A stretch of DNA of 64,000 bases from Eledone cirrhosa (Eukaryota). Shown piece by piece: positions 41,448-55,450 of this stretch. The stretch spans positions 49,972,001-50,036,000 of the forward strand of contig OZ024740.1 in NCBI GenBank assembly GCA_964016885.1, given 5' to 3'. Position 1 is the stretch's first letter; each line of letters starts with the position of its first letter. The notes beneath the pieces were generated by a model that saw nothing but the letters and a program-made list of their open reading frames with translations, did not search any database and was not told the origin of the DNA. Both the position numbers and the translations under genes were made by a program.

Positions 41448-41886
41448 TATATATATATACAGTATATATATATGTGTGTGTGTGTGTATGTGTGTGTGCG
41501 TGTGTCTACATACATGCATGCATTCATATAGGCATACATAAACACATTCATGTATACAAGCATGCATACATACATAGATGTATGCATACATGTAATAACT
41601 GCATGTACACATGTAGAGATACAAAACATGTTCACATGCACACATATAACTCAAAATATACACCTCCACACATACAATAACATCCCTAACTGCACACGCA
41701 CGCACGCATGCAGACATGCAGACATATCTATCTAGTTGATGTTGTGTAAATTCCATTGAAAGGGTCTTGTATCTATGTTAGAAACCGACTCTCTCTCTAT
41801 TATATTTAATCAAAATTTATAAGATTATAAAACCAGAAGAACATACACACATACACACATACACACACATACATACATACACACAT

Positions 41887-41917
<31 letters not shown>

Positions 41918-42059
41918 TACATACATACATACATACATACATACATACATACATACATACATACATACACACACACACATACATAATGGCTGCCCCCTCG
42001 TTATCGAGTATGGCCATTGCACGAGGAGAAAAACATATATATATATATATATATTAATA

Positions 42060-42090
<31 letters not shown>

Positions 42091-42095
42091 AAGAA

Positions 42096-42127
<32 letters not shown>

Positions 42128-42416
42128 ATATACATATATATACACATACATATACATATATACACACATATATATATACATACACACATATACATTAATA
42201 ACAATAATAATAATAATAATAACAACAATAATAATAACGACAACAACAACAATAATAATATACATATATATATACACACACACGCGCACACATAAACATA
42301 TCTATACACACACACACACGATAGCAACTAACAGCGCTGCGATCGAATGTGGCTTTTTATGTGGCATACATACATACATACATACATACATACATACATA
42401 CATACATACATACATA

Positions 42417-43287
42417 AACAAAATTGACCAATTTACAGAAAAAGTTGTGCATGGATACTTGAGACGTAAAACACAGACCGTAGAGGGGATAAACCACTCA
42501 AAAAGCCTGGCATGGAGTTCCGACAAGTTTATGACATCACACCTTGAGGGATATCTCTATGCAATACAGGAACAAGAACTCCCTACCAAATATCTGCTGC
42601 ACAAAAGGGGAGGGCCATCAGCCGACAATAAATGTAGGCTATGTAAAACAAAGATCGAGGATGTAAGCCACATTGTTGCCAGCTGCGAAAGAATGTCATC
42701 TCGCTACTACCTCCCCATGAGACACGATGGGATAGCTAGAACCATCTGGAACGCACTTCGGAAAACAAAATTAACAACAAACGAGGAAGAATATATTGAG
42801 ACAGATAGCACTAAGGAATACTGGTGGAACCTGAAAATAAAAACTGCCGCCAAATTAAAGCACAACCGGCCTGATATTGTTGTTTGGGACCACACATTGA
42901 AAACGTGTTCTGTTGTGGAGATCAGCTGCCCACTTGATGTAAACGTTGTCAGAAAAATACAGGAGAAGGAGGACATCTACGGACCATTGATGAGGAGTTT
43001 ACAAATCCAGTATCCAAGATACACCTTTAGCTTCATACCCATCATTATTGGAGCTACGGGTTATATACCAACCCGTTTGGACCAAAGTATGACTGAACTT
43101 GGATTTGCGGACAAAAGGTGCAGCTCCCTAATTCATAGTCTACAAATGACTGCGATAGCTGGCACCTTCAAAATTTGCAAAACATTCTTGCGATTCAAGG
43201 GATGACAATTTCTTTTCTTTTACAACCTTGCCACCAGGAAGGTGGCTGGTCAAAAAAAATATACTCGAAATTAAGAGAAAGAGATAA
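42417..43287 (+). mobile_element. 5'-truncated R4/Dong-type non-LTR element (CCHC + restriction-like endonuclease) in a (CATA)n array
   Basis: Frame 42447-43205: AIQEQ, CRLC..EDVSHIVASC, RHD, NRPDIVV, VEISCP, K..Y, PIIIGATG; (CATA)n on both sides. Confidence 0.88.
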
Positions 43288-44034
43288 CATACATACATAC
43301 ATACATACATACATACATACATACATACATACATACATACATACATACATACATACATACATACATACTAACTTATTTGCAAATTCAATTGAAAATATTA
43401 ATCACTAACAATAATCAAATATATTTATATATATTGGGAAAATATATATATAATAAATGTATTTAAAATACAAAGAAGGATATATCGAATAAATAGTAAC
43501 ATTTTTTTCATAAATTCTCAACGTAATTACATTTAATTCAAAATTTAATGATTTATCACATTTTTATTTTGTTTTTGATAATATAGTCCAAATATTTCAT
43601 AAATACTTTGCTATTATAGCAGTGAATCAATATTTTATTTACCTCACGTATAATAACAGACAGAATAAATAGCGAGCCAACTAGACAGACTCTGTTTGGT
43701 CACTCGACCTACCAGAAATAGCAGCCAAATTGAATCTTGTCTTAAAAACGGAGGTCACTTTGGACAGTCTAATTCTAATTATAAAAGAAAAACATAGGCT
43801 GGTCACGGCTGTGATGCATTTAATCATAACATTTTTAATTGTGGCTAACCTGGATTGAACAGCAACAAAAGAATAAATATCTTAGCGTTTCATGCTCGGA
43901 GGTATCCATCAGTGAATAGTAGAATCAAGGGATGAATAATGAAGAGCCATGCTCACATACCCTTTTTTCTTCTACCAGTCTTTGGTGTGCGAGATAATAC
44001 AGTAAAAACACTTATTAATGCTAGGAAATGAGAT

Positions 44035-44180
44035 GCAGCATGACCGAAATGTTAAGAAGCTCGCTTCTCAATCTTGCGGTATCGGGTTCGACCACACTAT
44101 GTGGCACCTTGTACGAGTGTCTTTTATCAAAAACTCGGGTTGACCCAAACCGTACTAGTTAAACTGGATACATTGAAACC
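44035..44180 (+). mobile_element. Degenerate tRNA-derived SINE of a second family
   Basis: GGGTTCGACC B-box-like motif followed by GGCACCTTG..AGTGTCTT. Confidence 0.45.
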
Positions 44181-44829
44181 GTTTCGAAAGCCGCCAGATG
44201 GACTTTAACAAAATACCAATCTTGAAATAACTAACTACAGACGACTGTGAATACTCACTTATATATTAATCTAATAAATAAACCGCGTCGTTGATCGAAA
44301 TACTTCAACATTAATTTCGAAACCGACAGAGGTTCTTATACTGAAGCGAATATTTGAAACTATGCTGATCTACAATGATCATGAGGAAAGTCATGTATCA
44401 GACAAATTTATCTTAATACATGAAAGAGATATCTCGATCTTATGTTATGTTGTATAATTAAATCACTTTTCTTAGAATGTCTCATATATTGATTATTCTT
44501 TTCTATTTAATATCTGTGATAAGATTCGTCGCGTTCTGTCTAATAGTACTCAACACCAGAAACAAACTAGGCCAACTGTCTGAGAAACAATACTTGCTAC
44601 TTAACAACAGAATCTTACTGTTTGTCATTGTAGTAAATGTATGGTTCTTTAATTATCTGTCTAACTATTACTCTCCATGGTTTGTCCATCCACGGACCCT
44701 GGGCGCCGGAAGGAATCATAGGGACGCCATTATAAATACGGTATGTCTTCGGCATTATAAATCTTACACTCCAGGTTTGAACAGAACTGATTTCTTCCAC
44801 ACATAGAGGGAGAGAAATAGAGATGTATA

Positions 44830-44997
44830 ACGAATTGATTCCTCTCCAGTATTGGACTTGCGATTTATTTATTAACTCCGAAAGGATAAAAGACAAGCTG
44901 ACCTCAAACGGATTTGAACTCAGAACGCAGAGAGCCGTAATAAATAATGCGAAGCATAATATTCGACGCCCTAACGATTCTGCCAATTCGCTACCTT
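44830..44997 (-). mobile_element. Diverged main SINE copy
   Basis: GGATTTGAACTCAGAACG..CTAACGATTCTGCCAATTCGC, the antisense of the head. Confidence 0.7.
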
Positions 44998-45671
44998 AAG
45001 TATTATGATATATATACATGACCGAGTTGTTCAGAAGTTCATTTTGGCGGTTCAGCGTTAGATACCACCGTGTGGTATCTTTAACTGTCTTTGACCATAG
45101 TCTTGGATTGATCTAAGCCTTATGAGTGAAATTGAATAGACGCAAATCTTATAGAAGTCAATAGAATGGACTGTATTGGAATTCAACGGTGCAGCGTTGA
45201 CGTGTGGGTTGCGCTGATTCCACTTGAGAATTACGTTAAGTGAACACGTGTCAGTGGAGTACTCGGCCAATTTCCACGCTAATTTAATTAGCAGGTCGTT
45301 CAGTTGATCCAACAACTAGATGTCCGCACTTCCTTCTCACACACACACACACACACACACAACACACACAGACAACGGCTGAGTTCATTCTCCTGTCCGG
45401 GGGTGAGTCATGGACACTAACAAAATCACTCACAAGGACGATTAATGGCACATTCACGCGAATACTGAGAAAGGTCCAGAACATATCCTGGAGAACCCAC
45501 GCGGCAAATAAATCGCTCTACAGTTCATGTAACACATCACAAAAACGTTACAATGTACTTGCTGGCTGAGTTCTTTTCTAGAAACCTAATATATGCAGAC
45601 GAGTTGGGAGACCAAATACCACGTTGAAGGATGTTCTTGAAGATGACACCGAGCTGGAAGATATATATGTA

Positions 45672-45773
<102 letters not shown>

Positions 45774-45787
45774 TGTGTGTGTCTGTG

Positions 45788-45819
<32 letters not shown>

Positions 45820-45869
45820 TTGTGTGTGTATTGTGATACCATGTTACATCATATTATATGTAATCTATA

Positions 45870-46054
45870 GGCGGTGAATTGGCAGTATCGGTAGAGGGTC
45901 GGACGCCATGCTTTCCACCATAGTTACGTCCCTTTACGGTCTGAGTTCAAATGCCGTCGTGGTTAACTTTGCCTTTCATCTTTACGGGGTCGATAAAATA
46001 AAGTACCAGTAATGTACTGGGTAATTGCTGGCCTTGTGCCAAAAGTAGAAACAA
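45870..46054 (+). mobile_element. Full-length main SINE (tRNA head + Meta-domain-like core)
   Basis: TGGCAGTATCGG A-box, GAGTTCAAAT B-box, GCCTTTCATC..GGGGTCGATAAAATAAAGTACCAG core. Confidence 0.88.
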
Positions 46055-46858
46055 CTATATGTAATCTATCAACCTTTACACACAGTTTCTCCTCACAATT
46101 GCTTTGAAGATTCTCTGACAACTATGTAGAAGGTACCCAGAAATGTGAACAGTATTCGTCTGGGCTACCTAACAATATATGGAATAAAGTTACATATATG
46201 AATAAAGTTACATAAATGCGAGCCAAACTAGAAAATAAAAATATTAAAACATAAAGCTGTATTGATGCACTCCTATGAATTCTGATTGTTTGTTTATCTT
46301 CTTTGGTGTGAATAAAGCATAGTCCGAATCGACAAGATCACAGGCCTTATTCGCCGAGCGAGTTGGGTGGAACTCCTCAGAAAGACCAAGGAAATAATGA
46401 TTCCATTAGTCTTTCCAATTGCTAATACTATCTACCAGTCGCAACTCCTGGCATCGCCCGTCCCAGGAATCAAACGCACATTGTGAATCCAACTCTCTAA
46501 CTACAAAGCCACGCACCATCACTAAAAGAAATATTAGTATGGTGCATTTAACTCTTACAACCTATCATTAATCTGCCTGTCACGACACGTTTAACTACAG
46601 AATGAAATCAAAGATATAATTTAAAACTTTAACATAATGAAACTAATGACACCAGTTGAAATGTTAAGCTTCAGACAACCTTAACTATGGAATGAAATCT
46701 GTGATATAATTGAAATCTTTAACCTAATGAAAGCGTGGCATAAATATCTGTTGACTTATCCATCAAAATAGAAATAAACTCATTTATAAGTGGTGTAATT
46801 TCTATAGGAGCCACTAGTATATGTTAACTGTAGTCTGCTGTTTTAACATTGCCATTAT

Positions 46859-47552
46859 TGGTGGATTGGCAGTATCGGTAGAGAGTCGGACACCATGCTT
46901 TGAAGCATAGAGTTACATCCCTTTACGGTCTGAGTTCAAATCCCGCCGAGGTTAACTTTGCCTTTCATCCTTACGGGGTCGATAAAATAAAGTACCAGTA
47001 ATGCACTGGGTAATTGCTGGCATTGTGCCAAAAGTAGAAACAATTATTCATATATATATGTCATTATATATATTATTCATATATATATGTCATTATATAT
47101 ATTATTCATATATATATGTCATTATATATATTATTCATATATATATGTCATTATTATTCATTGGCAGTGGATTGGCGGTGGATTGGCAGTATCGGTAGAG
47201 GGTCGGACGCCATGCTTTGACGTATAGAGTTACGGCCCTTGCCATTCCGATTTCAAATCCCGCCGAGGTTGACTTTGCCTTTCATCCTTACGGGGTCGAT
47301 AAAATAAAGTACCAGTAATACACTGGGTAATTGCTGGCCTTGTGCCTAACGTAGAAACAATTATTATTCATTGGCAGTATCTGAAGAGGGTCGGACGCCA
47401 TGCTTTGACGCATAGAGTTACGGCCCTTGCCAGTCTGAGTTCAAATCTCGCCGAGGTTAACTTTGTGTTTCATCCTTACGAGGTCGATAAAATAAAGTAC
47501 CAGTAATGCACTGGTTAATTGCTGGCCTTGTGCCAAAAGTAGAATCAATTAT
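46859..47552 (+). mobile_element. Three head-to-tail main SINE copies with a ~28-bp minisatellite (47043-47160)
   Basis: Copies at ~46859, ~47177, ~47371, each ending AGAAACAATTATT-like. Confidence 0.9.
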
Positions 47553-49347
47553 TATTCATATATACATACATGTATACATGTGTGTGTGTACATATATATA
47601 CATGTATACATGTGTGTGTGTACATATATATACATGTATACATGTATGTATCTGTTTGAAAATGTGAGAAACCAAAATGCAGAAAATAACTGTAATAGCA
47701 GTCTATCACTATAGATAAATTGCTTAAATTGCCCTTAGAAATGAAAAAAAGTGGACAGAGGCATATATATATATATATATATATGTATATATGTGTGTAT
47801 GTGTGTGTATGTGTGTGTGTGTGTGCGTGGTGTGTGTGCGTGCATGTATGTATCTATGTGTCTCTGCCCTTCTTAACTCTTTCTTTATATCCTGTAACGC
47901 AGTAGTTCGATAAAATAAGTGCGATATGAACGACTACAATACTTCTAGGAGCTACCCCAACATGGCCGCAATCTAATGACTAAAATCAGAAAAGCCGTAA
48001 AAGAATATCTATTCGTTAATCCATTTGTACATGTAAAATTTGATACTACTAAAGATATTACTACTATAAATACATTAAATCAAACCACTTTAAAACTCTG
48101 AAGCTTATTAATATAGTGAAAGTTACATAACAAATATATTATTCGGAACAAACGCAGCCGAACTAGTATTCAGATGTCAAACTTGCGTAGAACACTCTAC
48201 TTGAAAAGTCAAAGTAGTGTTGGTAGGTGTTCAATTCATGTTAAGGTATACAGTAACACATAAATGGCATCATTTACACTAAAGTCGAGACTCTTTGTGG
48301 TTAACTCAATGGCTGCAATTATTCTCTTTATACGAAACATTTCAGTCATTAAATCACTTCTCCAAAGAGCATATTTTATGTCTCCAGCCTGCTGCTAGTT
48401 TGGTTAATCGTGGCTCTAATAACACGTTCGTATAATGACATAATTTAAGTATAAAACCAGGAAAACCAATAAAACACCCGGAGCTCTAAATACACACACA
48501 CTTAGTACATAAAAGAGACTTTATAATCATTATAAACTGTAATACATCAATATCAATGGCAAAGTCACATTCTTCACATGTTACAGCAATAATACACTAG
48601 AAAAACCACACGCCAGCTTAGAGGCATCTATGCTGCAAAGCATGGCGTTTGACGCTTTACCGTTACTGCCAATTCTGTGCCTAACAATTATATATGTATG
48701 GATCCGTAACTCCTGGCGGAATTGTAGAGGCGCAGTAGTGACATGGAGCAAAACTTTGACATTTTAAACAAGGCGGAGCCCATCTCCTTTCCAGTTCTGA
48801 ACAATGGTGATTTTTTTTTTCCAGAGAAGAAGAGAGTGAAAGTGGTATTAACTTTCGTAAACTGAAATAAGTCCTTCTGTCGATATATGAGGTCAGATTT
48901 GGCGTTTCAGATAACCAGCCTTCGAAGAAACCTCCTTCCTGAAACTATTTTAATAGTTACTTTTGTTTACGTGTTTTTTTGTTTTTTTTTGCAGACCATC
49001 ACTCGTTTCTTCTAGTAATCTTCTTCCTAAACTTTTGTTACATAATCCTACTGAATTAACTAGAGTTATAAACACATTAAAATTACAATCATCAATCTGA
49101 TAAGCTGGCTTCATTGGGAATCGTGTTTACAGTCAGTTCTCTTTGCCGTGAACTGTAGATTGACATCAAGATAATAGCTAATTTTTATATGTATACATAT
49201 CTTCATTATTTATTTAGAAGTCATGCAAAATTCAATATGATGTTATTTATACACAATCACGACATGCACAGTTCAAGCCCTAGTCAAGAACTTTAGAATT
49301 TCTTTTACTGGACAAAATACCTTTTGATATTTAGTTACAAGAGGACG

Positions 49348-49965
49348 ATGGATTAGCAGTGTCGTTAGAGTGTCGGACAACATCCTTTATGGCATAGGGT
49401 TACGCCCCTTTACGTTCTGAGTTCAAATCCTACCGAAGTTAACTTTGCCTTTCATCCTTACGGGGTCGATAAAATAACGTACCAGTAATGCACTGGGGTC
49501 GATTTAATCGACTTTTTCTTCCCCCAAAATTGTGTCTAAATCAGAAATCGTTATTTAGTACATTAGGGTGTGGATTGGCAGTATCGGTAGAGAGTCGGAC
49601 GCCATGCTTTCCAGCATAGTTACGTCCCTTTACGGTCTGAGTTCAAATCCCGCCGAGGTTAACTTTGCCTTTCATCCTTACGGGGGTCGATAAAATAAAG
49701 TACCAGTAATGTACTGGGGTAATTGCTGGCCTTGTGCCAAAAAGTAGAAACAATTATTACTAGTATATAAGAGTGATGGATTGGCAGTATCGGTAGAAAG
49801 TCGGACACCATGCTTTGCAGCATAGAGTTACGGTCCTTTACGGTCTGAGGTCAAATCCCGCCGAGGTTAACTTTACCTTTCATCTTGACGTGGTCGATAA
49901 AATAAAATACCAGTAATGCACTTGGGATAATTGCTCGCCTTGTGCCAAAAGAAGAAACAATTATT
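49348..49965 (+). mobile_element. Three head-to-tail main SINE copies
   Basis: Copies at ~49348, ~49570, ~49777. Confidence 0.9.
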
Positions 49966-50108
49966 ACTAGTATAACGCCTTTATTTTGTTAATTGATCCA
50001 GGATAAAGCAAGTCATTGCGGAACTTGGTGATATTTGAATGCAGAATATACAGAAATTGAAAGTAAATGTTGCAATGCTCCGATGCGCTACTATCTTATC
50101 GTCTAAGA

Positions 50109-50274
50109 CAGGCATGGGCAACCTTTTTCAAGCACTGGGCCGCATAGGATGTGGCTCATCATAAGGCGCGGACCGCACTACTAAAGAATTCAAGGCAATT
50201 TTGAAATTAGGCGTGCCATTCAGAAAGTCAAACGGGCCGCATGCGGCTCGCGAGCTGTAGTTTGCCCATGAATG
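50109..50274. mobile_element. hAT (Charlie/Buster-like) MITE, 166 bp
   Basis: Imperfect TIRs CAGGCATGGGCAAC / TTTGCCCATGAATG; exact 8-bp TSD GTCTAAGA at 50101-50108 and 50275-50282 with central TA. Confidence 0.88.
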
Positions 50275-50822
50275 GTCTAAGAAATATGTTGGAAATATAG
50301 AAAAATTGTTAATGTATAGCCCTATTCTCAAAGTGTTAATATTTGACTGAATGGATTTTTCCCTCTATAGTTGGAATCAATTACCTTCTTTTTATCTTTA
50401 TTGATTATTTAATTCATAGCTGCGTTAATTTTTCTGCATATTGTAGGAGTTTCATAGATCAATATTTTATAAATGTTTCTAAATATTTCATAAGTCTCCA
50501 ATAATATTTAGTGTCACGTCATATTTCAGTGATACAGAATGTCGTCTGAGTCAGTGACTACTATAAATAATATCATATCGGATTTTATTTTTGTTCTCTT
50601 TTTAAACGCGGCTCATAGCAACTGAAGGAGAAGCTAGTGAGCGTTGTTGTTTTTTTCTTTTACTGTACTCCATTTGCAGCGACGTTGTGTGCTATATCTT
50701 CCAGGGAAAATATAAGGTAGTTTTCTAGGATACAAAACAATTGTGTAAACATAATGGTATCAGAATAACCTGACGGAATATAACAATATAATATGCTAGC
50801 ATTATTCAAACCATTTAGGACT

Positions 50823-51037
50823 GTGGATTGGCAGAATCGATAGTGCGTCGGATGCCATGCTTCGCGGCATAGTTACATCCCTTTACGTTCTAAGTTCAAA
50901 TCCGCTGGAGTTAGCTTTGCCTTTCATCCTTACGTGGTCGATAAAATAAAGTACCAGTAATGCACTGGGGTCGATTTAATCGACTTTCCCTTTTCCTTCA
51001 AATTGCTGGCCTTGTGCCTAAAATAGAAACAATTATT
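50823..51037 (+). mobile_element. Main SINE copy (long variant with GTCGATTTAATCGAC hairpin)
   Basis: Head, core and tail recognisable. Confidence 0.85.
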
Positions 51038-51904
51038 GAAACCATTTAATAAGATTCCCTCTAATGCTATGTTCAACACAAGAACTTTCTGGTTTCTTAA
51101 ACTTGTAGATTACTACATTGATTAAAGGTCTGATACAGTACTACCGTCTTCTTTTCATGGTTCAGCCAAGAAAGGAAGGAAAGCATCCAAGATCTTTGCA
51201 GATTCTCCGAGTTTGATGGAAAAAGGAAGTTAGTCTCATACCAAAGAATTTTTCCAAATGTTTACAATACAGTGGGCTACTAACTGCACCCATGTACTAG
51301 GTGGTGTTATGAAACTTGACGACGGATTTGATACACCATGCAAAAACAGTCCAGTCAATGGTTTGTGTCAAGTCAGTTTCAACCACAAGGTTTTGAGTTA
51401 TACTGAAGCTGCAGTGAGAGCTATTTTTCTAAGGTACTACGCAATATGATCGAACCCAGAAATTATGAAGTGGACCTTGCAACCACAAGGCCATGCTTAT
51501 GTCTATAGAAACCTAAGAAACCTAATAAGTTATGCACAAGGTATAAATAGAAACAGAAACAAGGCTAAGAAGTTGAATGTTTTCTTTCTAAATGGTTTAA
51601 TCTAAAGAAAACAAGTAATTCTCATAACCTTTCTAAATTTTCCTAAACTGCAGATAGAAAGTTTGATAGTATTAATATAGTTACTGGTCAGTTTGACTTT
51701 TTGGAGTTCAATTTAGTAGTAATCTATAATGGGAAATAATTCTGATGGATTGTAATCCTAAGGAGGAAGAATTGGAAAAGGTTTTAATGTCCAATAGTTC
51801 AAATTAAATATCTGAAATTTGATTTTAAAATATTTAATATCTTTCAACCAGACTTATATTAAGTAGAGATACATATAATTTGATTTCTCATATAAACACG
51901 AAGC

Positions 51905-52317
51905 CCCATTAACCCTACACTGCATTGATACTTTTTTTTTGGGGGGGGGGGGGTCACATAAAGATGAGAGGCAAAATCGATAGGGACAGGATTTGAACTT
52001 AGAACGTAAAAGAATGTAACGCTATACAGAGAAATATTTTGTCTGTTACTATCTATTCTGGCAACCCACCGCTCTGGATGTATTCAATATCGAAACACGC
52101 TCAAGATATTGAAAATATGGTTTCTGATTTAGAAACAAGGCCAACAGTTTGGGGGGAAGGGAAAGTCGATTAAATCGACCCCAGTGCGTTATTAGTAAAT
52201 TATTTTGATGAAAAGTTAAGCTAACCTCGGCGAATTTGAACTCAAACCGTAAAGGGGCATAACTATATACAGAAAAGTATTTTGTTCGTTACTATCTATT
52301 CTGTCAATTAACCACTT
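51905..52317 (-). mobile_element. Two diverged tandem main SINE copies
   Basis: ATTTGAACT..GTAAA motifs at ~51990 and ~52233; duplicated flank ATTCAATAT.GAAACACG.TCAAGAT. Confidence 0.7.
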
Positions 52318-54399
52318 TGGGTGCATTCAATATTGAAACACGATCAAGATGTTGAGGAATATAATACTTCAATTTTGTTTGAGTTTTTGAGTCGAAGATA
52401 TTATGATGTTCTATGAAATGTGTTCCTTGGGACCTCTACATTCACAATAGAAATAGGAATATTTAGACGTAACAAAGTTGCAAAGATTCCTCTAAACATA
52501 TAGCAAAAATTTCACAGCAATATGATAATACAATGTATGTTTAAGCATAAATTGTCACTCATTACCAAATGTGGAAAGATATTATTCATATTTTCAGTAT
52601 TACGCATAAGTTTCTAGATACTCAATACAAATGTCAGGTGCAATAATAAAAATGACATCCCTTGTATCAATTCTAGAAAAGATGCTGGTTATAGTCATAT
52701 CGGATTATAATTCTCTGAACTTTATATATCTCCCTGTGAAGTGAATTTATGATTCTATTTCAACTCATGTTTGGTTTCCTATATCACATTGTTTGTGACG
52801 ATAATAAATACATGAACATCTTAAATATGACTACACTTCTATTCAACCCTTCCCCCGTAAATCCGCAGGATCCATATCTTTACAGTTTACACTCGTCAAC
52901 AGTTTATATGGAAACTCATTGCATCAGCCTAACTTTGACACTCTTTGCAAATGAAATCTTTTCGTGGTTCCCCAACAGACTTCACAGAAATCAACTGATA
53001 ATTCGGATAATTCTTTATATTCATCTCCATTTGAATGCTTTATTATGTATTGGATGCATTACATAATATATTTATTGATTTTGACATCACAACATTGGAA
53101 TTATTTGATAGTCTTTTCATTCTCTTCGTTGTAAACAAGACATCTAAAGGGAACGTAATGAATATCAATATAGCAGAGGCCATTAAATAAATTTCATAAG
53201 GATAAGGAGCAAAATATACGAACCCATTTTGAATATGTTGTTGATTGACAGACTTTATTCTAATGAGCTTCAAATAAAGGTTATTGCCAAATAACTATGC
53301 AACTTCTTGTTGATTATAATATAAAGCAGGAGTTTAAACTACCGGCTAACTAATCACGAAATGCGTGGTTAATTTTCTATTTAAAATATTTTCCTTCTCT
53401 AAAGTTGCTAATACCTTTCAAAGAAATGCACTTTTCCTTCTTTTAAAGTAGAATTGTGTGCCTCGTCACCACCACCAAAGTATAAGAATATAGGATAAAG
53501 GTTTATTTGCATAATCACAGCCTCGTGTTTCTTTTCAATACATAAAGTATTTAGAATGTTATATAAGTTTAGTTGAATTTGAATAGGGTTATTTTTTTCC
53601 CTTTTTGGAGAAAATCGTATAAATCTCTCAGCATTGAAAGGAACTGTTACGTTTTAGTATAATTTATTTCTTCGTTGCATAGAAATTTATTATCGATTCC
53701 AATACTTATGGAACATGTAAATCAAAGAAAGGTACAACTATGTGAATAGTGCTGTACTAATTATACTAGATACAATCAAAATAGCATGCAGCTTCGTGAT
53801 TTATAATTTCATTTTAACGCAGCTTCAGTTGCACGTGAATGACACCTATTGTATTTTATTGAATATGATGAAATAAATATACTGCGTCTGAGAAATTTGG
53901 TAGTAAAACTCTTTTGAAGTCCGTTTGATGCTGTGATAGCTAATACAAATTTATCATTTGTTATCAAAACATTATTCTACCATTCGGTATCACATCCACT
54001 TGCTAAGCAACTCAGCAGCCATAATAGTATGTCAACTATATTTATAGAAATTTAATATCTTTATAAAACTTACAATCTACGTTAAATTTTCTGTTTCTAT
54101 AAAACGCTATGTGTTAGATAAGTTATTTTACACCGTGTTGTTGTCTTTAGAGTCTCTTATACTATCAACTTTCCGAATATTGCTGCAGTGATAACAATTC
54201 TTTTTTTAATTTAAATACAAACGCTTGCTTTCTATTTTTTCTTTCAATAGTTAGAAGATTGAAGCAGTCCACATAGTATTTACATGACCACCCAGATATT
54301 TCTTGATGATGCTGATATTCAGTTTGAACATTTTAGATCGATATCTGTAGGAAATACGAGGAAGAGGGGGTTCCAGGTCTGTCCAAGAATAAATAGGTT

Positions 54400-55450
54400 A
54401 TTTAAAGAAAAGTTCGGGAACGTAACCAATAAGATATACGATTGCATTATCTTCGGTAAAGGTAGTATGTAGCTTGCCGATTCAGAGAAGGAAAGATCGT
54501 TGTAATAGAAACCGAATAGCCGGAGAGTACAGCGCATCTATGAGTGGGTTGTTTAGGTTGACGATGATTCAATTTGTGCAGATTAGTTGAATAGCTTTCT
54601 TTTTTATGAGGGCTGTGATATTTGTTTGAGTGACAGCACCACAGTACATAAATACGGTCAATATTCTGTGTCGTAATTGAGTTTTGTTGAGGGTTAACAA
54701 ACGATCAGGGTTGAATTATTTTCTGAACTTTAAAGGGGGGCTTATTCTTTGGGGCGCATTTTTTGTGGTTCTATTTCTGTGGATTCCCCATGAGATATCT
54801 TCCGTCAATGTAAGGCTTAATATTTGAAGCGACTTTGGGATTATTTTTGAGTAATATACGTAGAGTGGGTAAAGCAATTTCCTTGATATGCATACTGAGT
54901 ATGTATTCGAGTTGTTGAAAGATGTTATCTTTTCCTGCATCTATTGAAGGATGTTTTTCAGATCTCTGTTCATGAAGGCAAATATTAATTTGATGTGAGG
55001 GGCTTTTTTTTTGGAGAGGGAGTCTCACTTGGATTATACCTTCGTTTGGAAGATTGCGCAAGAGTACAAATTCCTAAGAGAAATTGCTGTTAGCCATGGC
55101 ATCAAGTAGGAAACGAATGTACAAAAGGATATGTAGGAAATACATTACCAAACCTGAGGTACACAAAATCAATAATGTGAAATGGAGCGATCTGGCAATA
55201 AACTTCCGATCGAAAAGATAGTTGTGCCAATAAGAGGGAAACTTTGAGTGTCATACACGGTCGAAAGCTTTGCATTTGCCATAATTCTTGTAGTGGGAAA
55301 CCATTGGTACATGGCATAATATAAAGTCATCATTAAATCTAGCTATTCGGAAGCAAAACTACAGAAGGTTGAGGAACTTAATATGATTGGTGAAGATGAT
55401 TATTTATATCTGCTCACATCTACGGTTGTCTCCTTGGGGGTGAAGCATAC
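54400..55450 (-). pseudogene. Highly degraded LINE RT
   Basis: KAFDRV*H at ~55250-55275 and ILSLTLTEDISW at ~54790-54825; many stops. Confidence 0.5.

Noticed and set aside
43880-43920. Minus-strand CTGATGG..GAAACGCT motif
   Set aside because: A9 mutated, no UH site and no stem I
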